From Candidatus Hadarchaeota archaeon (lineage in GTDB: Archaea; CAYQAE01; CAYVLA01), in the NCBI GenBank assembly GCA_964452145.1, contig CAYVLA010000001.1, positions 63,690 through 127,689 on the forward strand: a stretch of DNA of 64,000 nucleotides. Reading direction: 5' to 3'. Below the pieces are notes generated by a model. The model made no database searches and had not been told where the DNA came from. It saw only the letters and a list, made by a program, of their open reading frames with translations. Positions 1-9,601 of the stretch are shown piece after piece. A program made the translations under genes and the position numbers. Numbering within the stretch: position 1 is the first letter of the stretch; each line of letters begins with the position of its first letter.

Positions 1-337
1 GGGTCTTGGATCCATCGGGGGCCTCGTACATGGAGATCTGGTAGTTCTTGGGGAGGTCAACGTATGTGTAGTTCTTTCGATAGAACGAGCAGTTATCCGC
101 AATGTGGCAGTTCAGAGCATTGGCTATCATCAGGGCCAGTTCGAAAGCTTTCTCGTTCGGGACCGGCAGGGACCCGGGCAGGCCAAGGCAGACCGGACAC
201 ACGCTGGTGTTGGGTTCCAAGTTCCTGTAGTCAGACGAACAGGCACAGAACAACTTGGTCTTCAGCTTCGTGAGTTGTACGTGGCATTCGAGACCTATCT
301 TGGCGCCATTGACCCCAGGGTCCGAGGGCGAACCCAC
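1..337 (-). CDS. gatB: Asp-tRNA(Asn)/Glu-tRNA(Gln) amidotransferase subunit B, N-terminal part (runs off window edge)
   Basis: Hand translation of the minus strand (not in ORF track): [19 protein letters not shown]...[21 protein letters not shown]...[21 protein letters not shown] at 337 with purine-rich RBS upstream. Confidence 0.93.
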   Translation of the reverse strand, partial: MGSPSDPGVNGAKIGLECHVQLTKLKTKLFCACSSDYRNLEPNTSVCPVCLGLPGSLPVPNEKAFELALMIANALNCHIADNCSFYRKNYTYVDLPKNYQISMYEAPDGSKT

Positions 338-372
338 CGAGACACACTCCTCCCAAACGGTCCGAAATAACC

Positions 373-379
373 TTTATAT
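373..379. promoter_or_regulatory. TATA-box candidate in the divergent gatB/DUF92 gap
   Basis: TTTATAT in a short AT-rich patch between divergent starts at 337 and 412. Confidence 0.5.
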
Positions 380-411
380 GTCTCTTCCCGGAGATAAGGA
401 ACGAGAAAGCA

Positions 412-1179
412 ATGGCGGGTTTCCTCTTATCAGGGGGTACATTAGGGTCCATAGCCCTGAGGATCGTCCTAGGCTGTATCCTTTGCACGGCGGTGGCGCT
501 GGCCGGCCATCGGAAGAAGGCTCTGAGCCCAAGCGGAGCGCTGATGTCATGGGTATTTGGCATAATCGTCATGGTGCTGTGCGGTCTATCTTGGTTCTTG
601 CTCCTTCTGGTCTTCTTCGCTTTCGCGGCTGCGGCAACGAAGTACAAGTATAAGACGAAGGAAAGGATCGGGGCTGCGCAGGAGAGGTTGGGAGCACGAT
701 CGTGGACGAACGTGGTTGCCAACGGTATGTCGGCTCTCCTCTTCGTCGTGTCCGAGTTCCTCCACCCAGGTGCGATCTTCGTGGCGGGGTATCTCGGAGC
801 CGTCTCCACCGCCATGGCGGATACCTTATCAAGCGAGATCGGAATGACGAGCAGACGAGATCCCTGGCTTGTGACGAGTTTCAAGAGGGTCAAACCCGGA
901 ACGCACGGGGGAGTCTCACTCCTAGGGACGGCGGCGGCCCTGGCTGGCTGCGCCGTTCTGGCCTTGTTTGCATGGGGCCTGAGGTTGGAGACAAGGAGCC
1001 ACTGGACGCTTGTGATGGTGGCGGTGATCTGTCTGGTTGGGGGTATGGTGGGCACGATGGTTGACAGCGTGATGGGAGCGCTCTTCGAGCGTAAGGGCAA
1101 GATGTCGAATGGTCAGGTGAATCTGTTCTCAACGATTGCGGGCGGGCTTGCCGCGATGGCCGTTCTGCTCCTCCTCTAA
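412..1179 (+). CDS. DUF92/TMEM19 family membrane protein
   Basis: Multiple TM helices; GARSWTNVVANG, ADTLSSEIG, PGTHGGVSLLGT, DSVMGA and VN motifs. Confidence 0.9.
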   Translation: MAGFLLSGGTLGSIALRIVLGCILCTAVALAGHRKKALSPSGALMSWVFGIIVMVLCGLSWFLLLLVFFAFAAAATKYKYKTKERIGAAQERLGARSWTNVVANGMSALLFVVSEFLHPGAIFVAGYLGAVSTAMADTLSSEIGMTSRRDPWLVTSFKRVKPGTHGGVSLLGTAAALAGCAVLALFAWGLRLETRSHWTLVMVAVICLVGGMVGTMVDSVMGALFERKGKMSNGQVNLFSTIAGGLAAMAVLLLL

Positions 1180-2283
1180 ACGCCCTTCCATGATTGCGTC
1201 TACCACGTAAACCGATCTCGAGGGAGAGTACTCCTCCACCTCACGGAACCCATCCGTGCCGAATTGTGCGTGCTGTGCAAGCTCTTCTTCCATCCGAGCT
1301 CTCGCAGAATCCTTGGGCATGAGTCGGTAGTAGTGGAGACACCCGCCCGTTCTGAGTGAGGAAACGGCCGCCGCGAGGAACGCGTCTGCAGAGGCGGGGA
1401 GGTTCATGATGACGCGATCTGCTTTGCCCACTGTGCGGGCAATCCTCGGGGTTTCCTTGCCGGAATCGCCGCAGACCGCGGTCAGATTCCAGGCCCGGTT
1501 TCTCCTTGCGTTCCTTATCAGGTAGTCAACCGCGCGCTGGTTCTTGTCGATGGCGAATACCTTGGCATCCGCGCGTCTTGACATCCTCGCCACCAAGATC
1601 GAAAAAGGGCCGACACCTGAGAACATGTCGATCACGAGAGAGTCCTCTGTGGAAAGCTCGGCCACCCGCTTCCGTTCCGATCCCAACCGCGGGTTGAAGA
1701 AGACCCGGCCAAGATCGAGGCTCAGCTCCAGCCCGTTCTCCCTGTGTGTGGTCTCAAGGGACGAACTACCCGCGATGACCTCGATCTCCCTAAGCCTTCG
1801 ATCTCCTGAGGTCGGCCCGGTCTTGACGGCTACCGTCTTCACGGGAAGCCATCGAAGCAGAGCCTCGCCTATCTCCTTTCTGCGATCCTGGAGCAAATCG
1901 GACAGCTCGATGAGCAGGATGCCCCCTATGACGTCGTAGGATCGCCCGATGAGGTTGATGTCGTCTCGCGAGAGGACTCCTTCAAGTGCCGTCCTTAGAC
2001 TCACAGCCCGGGCCGTTCGTGGTTGGAAGCGGTGGTAGATCGTCTCCGCCCCGAAGATCCCAAGGTCCCCGGCATTCCCCACGGCCTCCGGCAGAAGGGG
2101 GAACAACACCTCTCCCCCCGATCTGACGACCCTCATGCCGCGATCAAGCCACCCGCGAGCGATCAGTATCCTCTTCACTGTCTCGGCCTGGTTTGCGCTG
2201 ACGCTGAGGCCGTTCGGCCTGCGGCCATGCACCACACCATTTGGAGATCCGTTCCGATTAATACGTATTGTTTGTGAATCCAT
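1129..2283 (-). CDS. trm5: Trm5/Met10+ family SAM-dependent tRNA methyltransferase (m1G37-like)
   Basis: YDVIG, HRENG, FFNPRLGSER, DMFSGVGPF and DRVIMNLP motifs. Start uncertain. Confidence 0.82.
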   Translation of the reverse strand: MDSQTIRINRNGSPNGVVHGRRPNGLSVSANQAETVKRILIARGWLDRGMRVVRSGGEVLFPLLPEAVGNAGDLGIFGAETIYHRFQPRTARAVSLRTALEGVLSRDDINLIGRSYDVIGGILLIELSDLLQDRRKEIGEALLRWLPVKTVAVKTGPTSGDRRLREIEVIAGSSSLETTHRENGLELSLDLGRVFFNPRLGSERKRVAELSTEDSLVIDMFSGVGPFSILVARMSRRADAKVFAIDKNQRAVDYLIRNARRNRAWNLTAVCGDSGKETPRIARTVGKADRVIMNLPASADAFLAAAVSSLRTGGCLHYYRLMPKDSARARMEEELAQHAQFGTDGFREVEEYSPSRSVYVVDAIMEGRLEEEQNGHRGKPARNR

Positions 2284-2480
2284 GCCATATGTGCACGGGC
2301 TTACAGCCCTTGGACCCGCCCCTCCGCCCTGATCAGTGCAAACTGATCTCCTCTCGGTTCCATGTCGCCCTCGGGCTTGTTGACCGAGATCGGGCCAAGA
2401 GCCAAGGCCAGAAAAGAGATAATAGCCATCCCGATGCTCGGTTCAATGTATTAAGGAGCTGCGAGCCGAGGGGATGGTCC

Positions 2481-3764
2481 TTGTCCACTCTGATGCTCAG
2501 ATTGAAGAATGAGGCTTCTGGAGCCGAGCTTGAGTCGCTAGCCAGAACGGAGGGTATAGCCCCAGGGAAACTAGCCCGGCTCATAGCATCTGGCCGAGTC
2601 GTGGTGCCTCGCAGCGCGGTGCGACCGGATGTGGATGCCGTCGCCGTGGGCGAAGGCATGGCGGTCAAGATCAACGCCAACATAGGTAGCTCGCGGGACA
2701 TAAGCGACCTTGAGGAGGAGATGGAGAAAGCCAGGACCGCCCTCGCGGCCGGAGCGCACACGCTGATGGATCTGAGCACTGGAAAGGACTCGGATTCCCT
2801 TAGGCGAAGACTGCTCTCAGATCTCAGTTGCCCCGTTGGCACGGTGCCCGTCTACGATGCAGTGCTGGAGGCCCAGCGAAGGAGCGGAGCCTTCGTGGAC
2901 CTTGATGAGGATCTGGTTTTCTCGGCCGTGGAGAAGCATGCCTCAGACGGTGTGGATTTCCTCACGCTCCATGCGGGGGTGACGAAGGAGACGGTTGAGG
3001 CCCTGAGGAGGTCTGAGAGGATACTCGGAGCCGTAAGCAGAGGAGGAGCCTTTCTCGCGGCCTACATAATACGTACCGGACGGGAAAACCCTCTCTACAG
3101 CAATTTTGACTACCTGCTTGAGCTGGCAGCGAAATACGACTTCACCATAAGCCTTGGGGACGGCCTTCGACCCGGATGCCTTCACGATGCGTCGGACAGG
3201 GCCCAGATCGAGGAGCTCATGGTCTCGTCTGAGCTTGTCAAGAGAGCACGGAGGAAGGGCGTCCAGGTCATGGTGGAGGGCCCTGGACACGTTCCTCTGG
3301 ACCAGATCGAGGCAAACGTCAAACTCGAGAAGATCGCCTGCGATGGTGCACCCTTCTACGTGCTTGGCCCACTGGTCACGGATGTTGCCCCCGGGTATGA
3401 CCACATCACGGCCTCGATCGGCGGAGCTCTGGCTGCCTGGGCGGGAGCCGACTTCCTGTGCGTCGTTACGCCGGCTGAACACCTGTGTCTGCCCACCGTG
3501 GGGGATGTGCGCCAGGGAGTGATTGCCGCGAGGATAGCCGCCCATGCCGGTGAGGTTGCCAGGGGAAGAGGAAGGCACTGGGACGATGCGATATCCAAGG
3601 CTAGGAAGGAGTTGGACTGGGAATCCCACATGAGCCTAGCCATTGATAAGGAGCAGTTCGCCAGCCGCAGGTCGAACCGCCCCTCCCATGATCCAAGGGT
3701 CTGCAGCATGTGCTCCGATCTGTGTGCGATAAAGATTCTGGAGGAGTTCCTGGGACGAGGATAG
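2481..3764 (+). CDS. thiC: Phosphomethylpyrimidine synthase (ThiC family radical SAM)
   Basis: KINANIGSS, MDLSTG, GTVPVY, VSRGG, SLGDGLRPG, EGPGHVP, YDHIT and C-terminal CSMCxxxC. TTG start at 2481 chosen after an RBS. A BzaA/B-type paralog is not excluded. Confidence 0.9.
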   Translation: MSTLMLRLKNEASGAELESLARTEGIAPGKLARLIASGRVVVPRSAVRPDVDAVAVGEGMAVKINANIGSSRDISDLEEEMEKARTALAAGAHTLMDLSTGKDSDSLRRRLLSDLSCPVGTVPVYDAVLEAQRRSGAFVDLDEDLVFSAVEKHASDGVDFLTLHAGVTKETVEALRRSERILGAVSRGGAFLAAYIIRTGRENPLYSNFDYLLELAAKYDFTISLGDGLRPGCLHDASDRAQIEELMVSSELVKRARRKGVQVMVEGPGHVPLDQIEANVKLEKIACDGAPFYVLGPLVTDVAPGYDHITASIGGALAAWAGADFLCVVTPAEHLCLPTVGDVRQGVIAARIAAHAGEVARGRGRHWDDAISKARKELDWESHMSLAIDKEQFASRRSNRPSHDPRVCSMCSDLCAIKILEEFLGRG

Positions 3765-3776
3765 GAGAGGCTTGGA

Positions 3777-4802
3777 TTGGCGGAGTTCGGCGTGTCAATT
3801 ATCGGCGGCAGCGGATATACCGGTGCCGAAATCCTGAGGATACTGACTAGGCACCAGGGCGTTGAGATACGCCATGTAACCTCGAGGGAGCTGGCCGGGA
3901 CACCCGTGTCCAGAAGGCTACCGAACATCCCGGACAATGATCTGGTGTACGAGATGCCGGATCCGGAGAATCTGTCCGATTCTGATCTCGTCTTCGTATG
4001 CGTTCATCATCCCGCATCCATGGAGATCGTGCCCAGGATTCTGAAGCACTCCAGGGTGGTGGACTTCTCTGCCGACTATCGCCTGGCGGATCGCGGCGCT
4101 TATGAAGCCATCTACGGGGTAAAACACACCAGCCCGGAGCTAAGATCGGTCTACGGCCTTCCCGAGCTCCACAGAACCGAGATAGCGGGGGCCGACCTGG
4201 TTGCGAATCCGGGCTGCTACCCCACCGGTGCAATTCTCGCCCTTGCTCCCCTGCTGCGGAATGATCTGGTCGAGGTGGACCGGATCGTCATAGATGCGAA
4301 GTCAGGCACCTCGGGAGCTGGGGTGAAGCCAACGATGTTCACCAACCATGCGGAGGTCGCCAATGCAGTGAAGCCCTACAGCGTTACAAACCACAGACAC
4401 ATAGCCGAGATGGATCAGGAACTCTCCTTGGTGGCTGGCAGAAAAGTGGAGGTTAATTTCACCCCTCACCTCGTTCCGATATCGCGGGGCATCCTCACTA
4501 CGTCTCACACCTTCCTGACCTCGAGGCTGGGAGAGGAGGATGCCAGATCCTTGTACGCGGATTTCTACAGGGATTCGCCATTCATTCGGGTGAGACAGGA
4601 GACGCCCGACCTGAGGGGCGTCCTGGGCTCCAATTTCTGCGATATCGGTTTCTGTGCGGATGTGAGGAATGAGAGGCTTGTGGTCGTGTCTGCTATAGAT
4701 AACCTCACAAAGGGAGCCTCCGGAGAGGCGGTTCAGAACATGAACATAATGCTGGGCCTGCCTGAGACTCAGGGCCTTGACCTCCCCGGTCTATACCCCT
4801 AG
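3777..4802 (+). CDS. argC: N-acetyl-gamma-glutamyl-phosphate reductase
   Basis: GGSGYTG, SADYRL, ANPGCYPT, SGTSGAG and DNLTKGASG motifs. Confidence 0.95.
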   Translation: MAEFGVSIIGGSGYTGAEILRILTRHQGVEIRHVTSRELAGTPVSRRLPNIPDNDLVYEMPDPENLSDSDLVFVCVHHPASMEIVPRILKHSRVVDFSADYRLADRGAYEAIYGVKHTSPELRSVYGLPELHRTEIAGADLVANPGCYPTGAILALAPLLRNDLVEVDRIVIDAKSGTSGAGVKPTMFTNHAEVANAVKPYSVTNHRHIAEMDQELSLVAGRKVEVNFTPHLVPISRGILTTSHTFLTSRLGEEDARSLYADFYRDSPFIRVRQETPDLRGVLGSNFCDIGFCADVRNERLVVVSAIDNLTKGASGEAVQNMNIMLGLPETQGLDLPGLYP

Positions 4803-4813
4803 GTGATTGATCG

Positions 4814-6040
4814 GTGGAGTCGGTCGACGGCGGCATCACAACTCCCAGAGGCTTCAGGGCCTCGGCCGTAGCGGCCGGGATCAAGAGGAGCGGTCTGGAC
4901 TTGATGGTCGCGGAGTGTCCAACAGAGGCCATCTGTGTCGGGCTCTTCACCTCTAACGCCGTCAAGGCAGCCCCCGTGCTGGTCTCGATGGACAACCTTC
5001 GCCGATCGGGAGGGGTGGTGAGGGCGGTAGTCGTAAACTCGGGAAACGCCAATGCGTGTAACGGTAGATCGGGCCTCGACGGTGCTCGTATGACGACCAG
5101 GAAGGCAGCCGAGCTGCTCGGCAGCAGCCCCGAGAAGATCCTGCTTGCGTCAACAGGCGTGATCGGGAGGCCCCTGCCGCTCGACAGGATCATCGCTGGA
5201 CTGGAGAAGGCGATCCCGAGACTATCAACCGAGAGAGTGGCGTCCAAGGAGGCGTCCATGGCAATCATGACGACGGACAGGGTGCCAAAGGAGACGGCGA
5301 TGAGGGTGAGCTTCGGTCAGAGGACAGTTACGATAGGGGGTGTTGCGAAGGGCGTTGGCATGATCCATCCGCAACTGGCCACCATGCTGTGTCTGCTCAC
5401 AACCGATGTCGCTGCGGACCGCCCGACTTTGTTTGCGGCCCTCAAGGAGGCAGCCGACCAGAGCTTCAACATGGTTTCGGTTGACCGGGACACGAGCACC
5501 AACGACACTCTGATTCTCATGGCAAGTGGCCTTTCGAATCATTCCATATCCTTGGACGACCGGGACTTCCAACGCTTCCAGGAGGCCTTGACCGAGGTGT
5601 GCGTCGACCTCGCCAAGAGGATGGTGAGGGATGGGGAGGGCGCGACAAAGACCTTCGAGGTGGTTGTGGTCGGAGCATCATCTCGGGGAGACGCCAGGCT
5701 TTGTGCCAGGAGCATCGCCAGCTCCAATCTAGTCAAGACCGCCGTATTTGGGTGTGATCCGAACTGGGGCAGGATGGTGGCCGCAGCCGGGTACTCGGGA
5801 GCCAGGGTGGATCAGGATCGTGTCAAGATTCGTTTGGAGGATGACGAGGGATCCTCCCTTGATTGGGTCGAGAACGGCTGTCAGATCTCCGAAAGGGCCA
5901 ACGAGCAGGCAAAGCGGTTCCTGTGCAGGGATAGTTTCAGGCTTGTCTTCGACCTGGGTCTTGGATCCTTCTCCGCGAGGGCTTGGGGCTGTGATCTTAC
6001 ATACGACTATGTGAAGGTGAACTCGCAGTACACGACCTGA
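4814..6040 (+). CDS. argJ: Bifunctional ornithine acetyltransferase/N-acetylglutamate synthase
   Basis: NSGNANA, STGVIG, IMTTD, KGVGMIHPQLATML (autocleavage Thr), DGEGATK and DPNWGR motifs. Confidence 0.95.
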   Translation: MESVDGGITTPRGFRASAVAAGIKRSGLDLMVAECPTEAICVGLFTSNAVKAAPVLVSMDNLRRSGGVVRAVVVNSGNANACNGRSGLDGARMTTRKAAELLGSSPEKILLASTGVIGRPLPLDRIIAGLEKAIPRLSTERVASKEASMAIMTTDRVPKETAMRVSFGQRTVTIGGVAKGVGMIHPQLATMLCLLTTDVAADRPTLFAALKEAADQSFNMVSVDRDTSTNDTLILMASGLSNHSISLDDRDFQRFQEALTEVCVDLAKRMVRDGEGATKTFEVVVVGASSRGDARLCARSIASSNLVKTAVFGCDPNWGRMVAAAGYSGARVDQDRVKIRLEDDEGSSLDWVENGCQISERANEQAKRFLCRDSFRLVFDLGLGSFSARAWGCDLTYDYVKVNSQYTT

Positions 6041-6689
6041 GATGTGCGAAATGATCCCTCAGAATCGATCGAACGTCCTCAAGATCACGACCCCGAACAA
6101 CAACGCTCGCATGGGAAGCGACTTCCTCGGTAGTCGGGTTGTAGGCGATTGAGAAGCCGGCAGTCTGGAACATGGGGATGTCATTTTCGTCATTCCCCAC
6201 ACACGCGCAGCGATCAAGGGGAATCCCGGCATGCCCCGCGATTCTCCTCAGCACAAGACCCTTTTCGCGGAACCCACACTTGACCTTAACCCTGCCGCTG
6301 ATTCTTGATCCGAGGATCTCCACGTCGTTTGCCTCGACCAAGTCGATATGCAGGATCTCAGCGGCCCTTCGGGCTACGGCTCCGATCCCGGTGCTGATGA
6401 TGGCTGTCACGACGTCCAGGGAACGCATGTCGGAGACCATCTCCGCAGATCCTGTTCTCGTCTTCAACGACTCCAGGTACCTGCAGACGGGTGATGGGTT
6501 CATGCCCTTCCAGAGTCCCGCGTCCCTCGTGGCCCATGTCCGGTAGTCGATCTCGCCGGACATGAAGGATCTCATGTTCCTTTCCCTTCCGTCCTGTGTG
6601 CCAAGTAGATCATGGTACCTGGCCCAGCTGCTTTCCTCCTCCAGAAGCACACCGTCCAGGTCCAGGGCCAAGACACCGATGCCTCTCAA
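5997..6689 (-). CDS. HAD-IB family phosphatase (phosphoserine phosphatase-like)
   Basis: DLDGVL motif I, ISTG motif II, conserved K, and GNDENDIPMF motif IV. Confidence 0.85.
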   Translation of the reverse strand: MRGIGVLALDLDGVLLEEESSWARYHDLLGTQDGRERNMRSFMSGEIDYRTWATRDAGLWKGMNPSPVCRYLESLKTRTGSAEMVSDMRSLDVVTAIISTGIGAVARRAAEILHIDLVEANDVEILGSRISGRVKVKCGFREKGLVLRRIAGHAGIPLDRCACVGNDENDIPMFQTAGFSIAYNPTTEEVASHASVVVRGRDLEDVRSILRDHFAHLRSCTASSPSHSRM

Positions 6690-7228
6690 AGACCCACCTC
6701 TCTCAGGGATCTCTCCAGGGCATCCAGAGACCCTTGAACTCGGCAGAATTCTGCTGCCAGAATCTCAGACATCTCCCGGGCCTGTCGTTCCTTCCGATCG
6801 CATCCATGAGTCGCTATGTAAACGACTCTCGAGACGCCTGAAAGGAGGGCCTTCAGGGTTTTTGCCTTTGATTCGGAGGGCAATCTTCCGAGACCGAAGA
6901 TCGTATCCATGTTCTCCAGCCAACCATCGGTGAGATAGATCTCCCCGGATCCTCTCTCTCGCCCACCCGTCAGGAGATCGATGCAATCCCTAGCTTGGGT
7001 GATCGTGACCCCCCTGCGTCCGGCCAGTTTGGACAGTCCCCCGCAGTCGCCGCAGACAAGAAGTGCATGATCCAGCAATTCTCTGTCGACGTACTCAACA
7101 AACTTGTCGGGAGGCAGGGAGTGACAGAGAGGCTCGAACCAGTCGATAGTGGATCCGGGAGATAGGTGCTTCAACTCCCCCTCCAATACGCAGCACGCCA
7201 GTATCTTTGCCACGGAACCCCACGACAC
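6686..7228 (-). CDS. DUF1638-like protein
   Basis: ILACCVLEGEL N-terminus, CGDCG, RDCIDLL and YLTDGW pattern. 4-bp overlap with the HAD gene. Confidence 0.7.
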   Translation of the reverse strand: MSWGSVAKILACCVLEGELKHLSPGSTIDWFEPLCHSLPPDKFVEYVDRELLDHALLVCGDCGGLSKLAGRRGVTITQARDCIDLLTGGRERGSGEIYLTDGWLENMDTIFGLGRLPSESKAKTLKALLSGVSRVVYIATHGCDRKERQAREMSEILAAEFCRVQGSLDALERSLREVGL

Positions 7229-7419
7229 AAGAGGGCCAAAAAATGTTCTCGAACACCTGGGCTAGTCCCAGAGTTGAAGTCCCAGGCAGACCGGGGTCGG
7301 GTACTTGACCCGGGGGACTCAGGTTCATCTGCCGTCGCGGTGGCCCTGGGAAGCGCACAAACAGCCCGCCGGATGGTCTCTCAGACACATTTTTGAGGAC
7401 CCTGGGACGGGGGATGGGG

Positions 7420-8694
7420 ATGCCAACCAGATATGGTGTTCACTCGGCCCTTCTTCTCACCGTCTTGTTTGTGTTGTGCGTCGGATTCGAAGCCGCCTTA
7501 GGGTTGACTCCCAGAGGCAACTGGGTAATCGACGGGAAGGAGACTCTATCGGATGCCACCGCTATCTTCGAGGGGAACATAACCATAATGCCCGGCGCTG
7601 AGTTGACCGTGACGGCATCGGTCTTGATATTCAACTGCACGAACGCGTCCCGCTATGGAGTTATCGTGAAGCCCGGCGGAAGACTGGCCATGACCAATGT
7701 GAGGCTTACGACGATCAACGCAAGTGAGGGGTTCTGGTTCGAATGCCATGGCGCAATCGAAGCTAGGTCATGCAGGATCGAACACGTCTTCTCCGACGTG
7801 ATCGGTTCGGAGTGGGCAGGAGGATTCAGGATCACCTCGGATAACCCCGTGGTCGAGAACTGCATCTTCGATCACACCAAGGGATTTGGCGTGAGGTTTG
7901 ATGGGTGTCGGAGCATCGTGTTTAGAGGTAATCTGGTGACGCAGGCGTCGACCGGGCTCGTTGTCAACGCGTCCTCGGGGGTCGTGGCGGACAACCTCTT
8001 CTGGAACAACAGCGACCGACATGTCGTGATATCGAACTCCAATGGCGTTGATTTCACCAACAACAAGCTAAATGAGACTGGGCTCGGGGCGCTGATAATG
8101 TCAGCCTGCGACAACATAAGGACCGCACACAATCGCTACGAGGGCGAGTTTTACGTCGTGTATGCAAAGAATGCGCGGGTCGAGATGCAAAACGAGAGAC
8201 TGAGCGGCGGCCAGATACACATCGAAAGCATTGAGAATTCCAGGATAACGCTGATCGACTGCCTTCTCGAGAAGGAAAGGGTGAACGCTCTTTCAGGCTC
8301 CAGGGTAGAGATGATGAGGCAGGTGACGGTGTGGGCTGGGTCGGGCGCAGGTGGCCTTTCAGGGGTCATCGTTACCGTGCGGGATCAGGCAAAGACCATG
8401 GTGGGCGAGGGGATGACCGCCGAGGATGGAACGGTCCGATTGCTGGTCTCCGAGTTCACCGTCACCGAGTCGGGCCTGCAGCTTCGAGGTCCGTTCGAAT
8501 TCAGGGGCGTGAAGGGGATATACTCCGGCAGGGTGCGCGCTGAGATCCCGGCGGGCGGCTTGGTCAAGGTGAAGATGGGGCTTCCCTGGCTTTTCATTGG
8601 CATCGGGGCCGCTTTCCTGGTCCTTGTTCTGATCATCGTCTTCAGGCCCCCGGCCGGGGGGAGGAAGAGGTCCCGGAGAAGCGGTCGAGGCTGA
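7420..8694 (+). CDS. Secreted/surface right-handed beta-helix (NosD/pectin-lyase-like) protein with C-terminal membrane anchor
   Basis: Signal peptide, Asn/Gly-rich parallel beta-helix repeats, a GxTxxDG beta-sandwich segment, and a C-terminal TM helix followed by RKRSRR. Several N-x-S/T sequons. Confidence 0.75.
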   Translation: MPTRYGVHSALLLTVLFVLCVGFEAALGLTPRGNWVIDGKETLSDATAIFEGNITIMPGAELTVTASVLIFNCTNASRYGVIVKPGGRLAMTNVRLTTINASEGFWFECHGAIEARSCRIEHVFSDVIGSEWAGGFRITSDNPVVENCIFDHTKGFGVRFDGCRSIVFRGNLVTQASTGLVVNASSGVVADNLFWNNSDRHVVISNSNGVDFTNNKLNETGLGALIMSACDNIRTAHNRYEGEFYVVYAKNARVEMQNERLSGGQIHIESIENSRITLIDCLLEKERVNALSGSRVEMMRQVTVWAGSGAGGLSGVIVTVRDQAKTMVGEGMTAEDGTVRLLVSEFTVTESGLQLRGPFEFRGVKGIYSGRVRAEIPAGGLVKVKMGLPWLFIGIGAAFLVLVLIIVFRPPAGGRKRSRRSGRG

Positions 8695-8698
8695 GGAT

Positions 8699-9262
8699 TC
8701 ACTTCTTTCCGATGAAGCCTTTCAGGACCTCGCCGAGGCCAACCTTGGGCTTTCCGTGCACCTTAACGTCATGGCACTTGCTGCACATTCCCTCTTCCCT
8801 CAGGTAGCAGTCTCGACAGACGGCCCGGCCGCACTTCGGGCAGACTATCTGCGAAGTTATCTCGAGGGGCTTTCTGCAGCTGGGGCAGATCCTTCTCGCC
8901 ACCTGCGAGCCGCGCTCCCTCACTCCGTAGAGGGACCCGATCATCTTCCTCAGTTCATCGTCGGTGAGGAAGGATTGCCGGTTCGCGGCGACCAGGACCG
9001 CAACCACGTGGTGGCAGATGGTGCCTCTGGCGAGTCCGCAGGAAAGGCACTGCGTCTGGAGCGATTCAAGATCGAATTCCACCTTTGACTCAGAACGCGA
9101 TATCGCGGCGACTCCATAGTCGCCGAAGGTTCCCTTGGCGGGATTCGTCATCCTGTGGTCTCGGCTGAGGCGAACCCCTCCGTCCGCAAGTTGCGTGCCT
9201 CTGCCTACCACCGTGTCGCCAAACCTCTCCTTGAGGGCATTGATTAGGCTTGTCTCCTCCAA
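8699..9262 (-). CDS. SWIM zinc finger plus C-terminal 8-Cys double zinc finger protein
   Basis: CLSC-x7-CHHVVAVL (SWIM-like), then CPSC..CPKCG..VCRDC..CSKC. Start 9262 or 9286. Confidence 0.7.
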   Translation of the reverse strand: MEETSLINALKERFGDTVVGRGTQLADGGVRLSRDHRMTNPAKGTFGDYGVAAISRSESKVEFDLESLQTQCLSCGLARGTICHHVVAVLVAANRQSFLTDDELRKMIGSLYGVRERGSQVARRICPSCRKPLEITSQIVCPKCGRAVCRDCYLREEGMCSKCHDVKVHGKPKVGLGEVLKGFIGKK

Positions 9263-9275
9263 TCCGATCCCTGTT

Positions 9276-9485
9276 CTACTGCTCAAGCAGCTTCCAGTTG
9301 GAGACCTTCTTCTCCTCGAGGGTTTTCAGGGCCTGATCATCCACCTCAACCAAGACCTGCCACAGCTTGACCTTGAAGCCTTTCTGGGATGCCTCTTTGC
9401 CCAACATGAAGGACTTTATGTGGTCTCGGATATCGGCTTTGGCATAGGCGAAGTCGAGCTCAGTGTCAAAAACGATGTGCGGCAC
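9276..9485 (-). CDS. Small hypothetical protein (~69 aa)
   Basis: Protein-like composition, coding-like codons, co-oriented directly upstream of the SWIM gene. Confidence 0.6.
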   Translation of the reverse strand: MPHIVFDTELDFAYAKADIRDHIKSFMLGKEASQKGFKVKLWQVLVEVDDQALKTLEEKKVSNWKLLEQ

Positions 9486-9601
9486 GGCATTTCTCCCCGA
9501 CGTCACCCGCCTAAGGGCTTCCGGGTTATTATGTATTGCGTTCGCCTTAGATTTCTTCCCGCTCCGGTCCGATGGGCTGCTCTCCTGAGCAGGGGCTAGG
9601 T

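Noticed and set aside
2284..2480. TPP riboswitch ahead of thiC
   Set aside because: No CTGAGA or CCTGA..TAATxC..CGxAGG consensus could be found.
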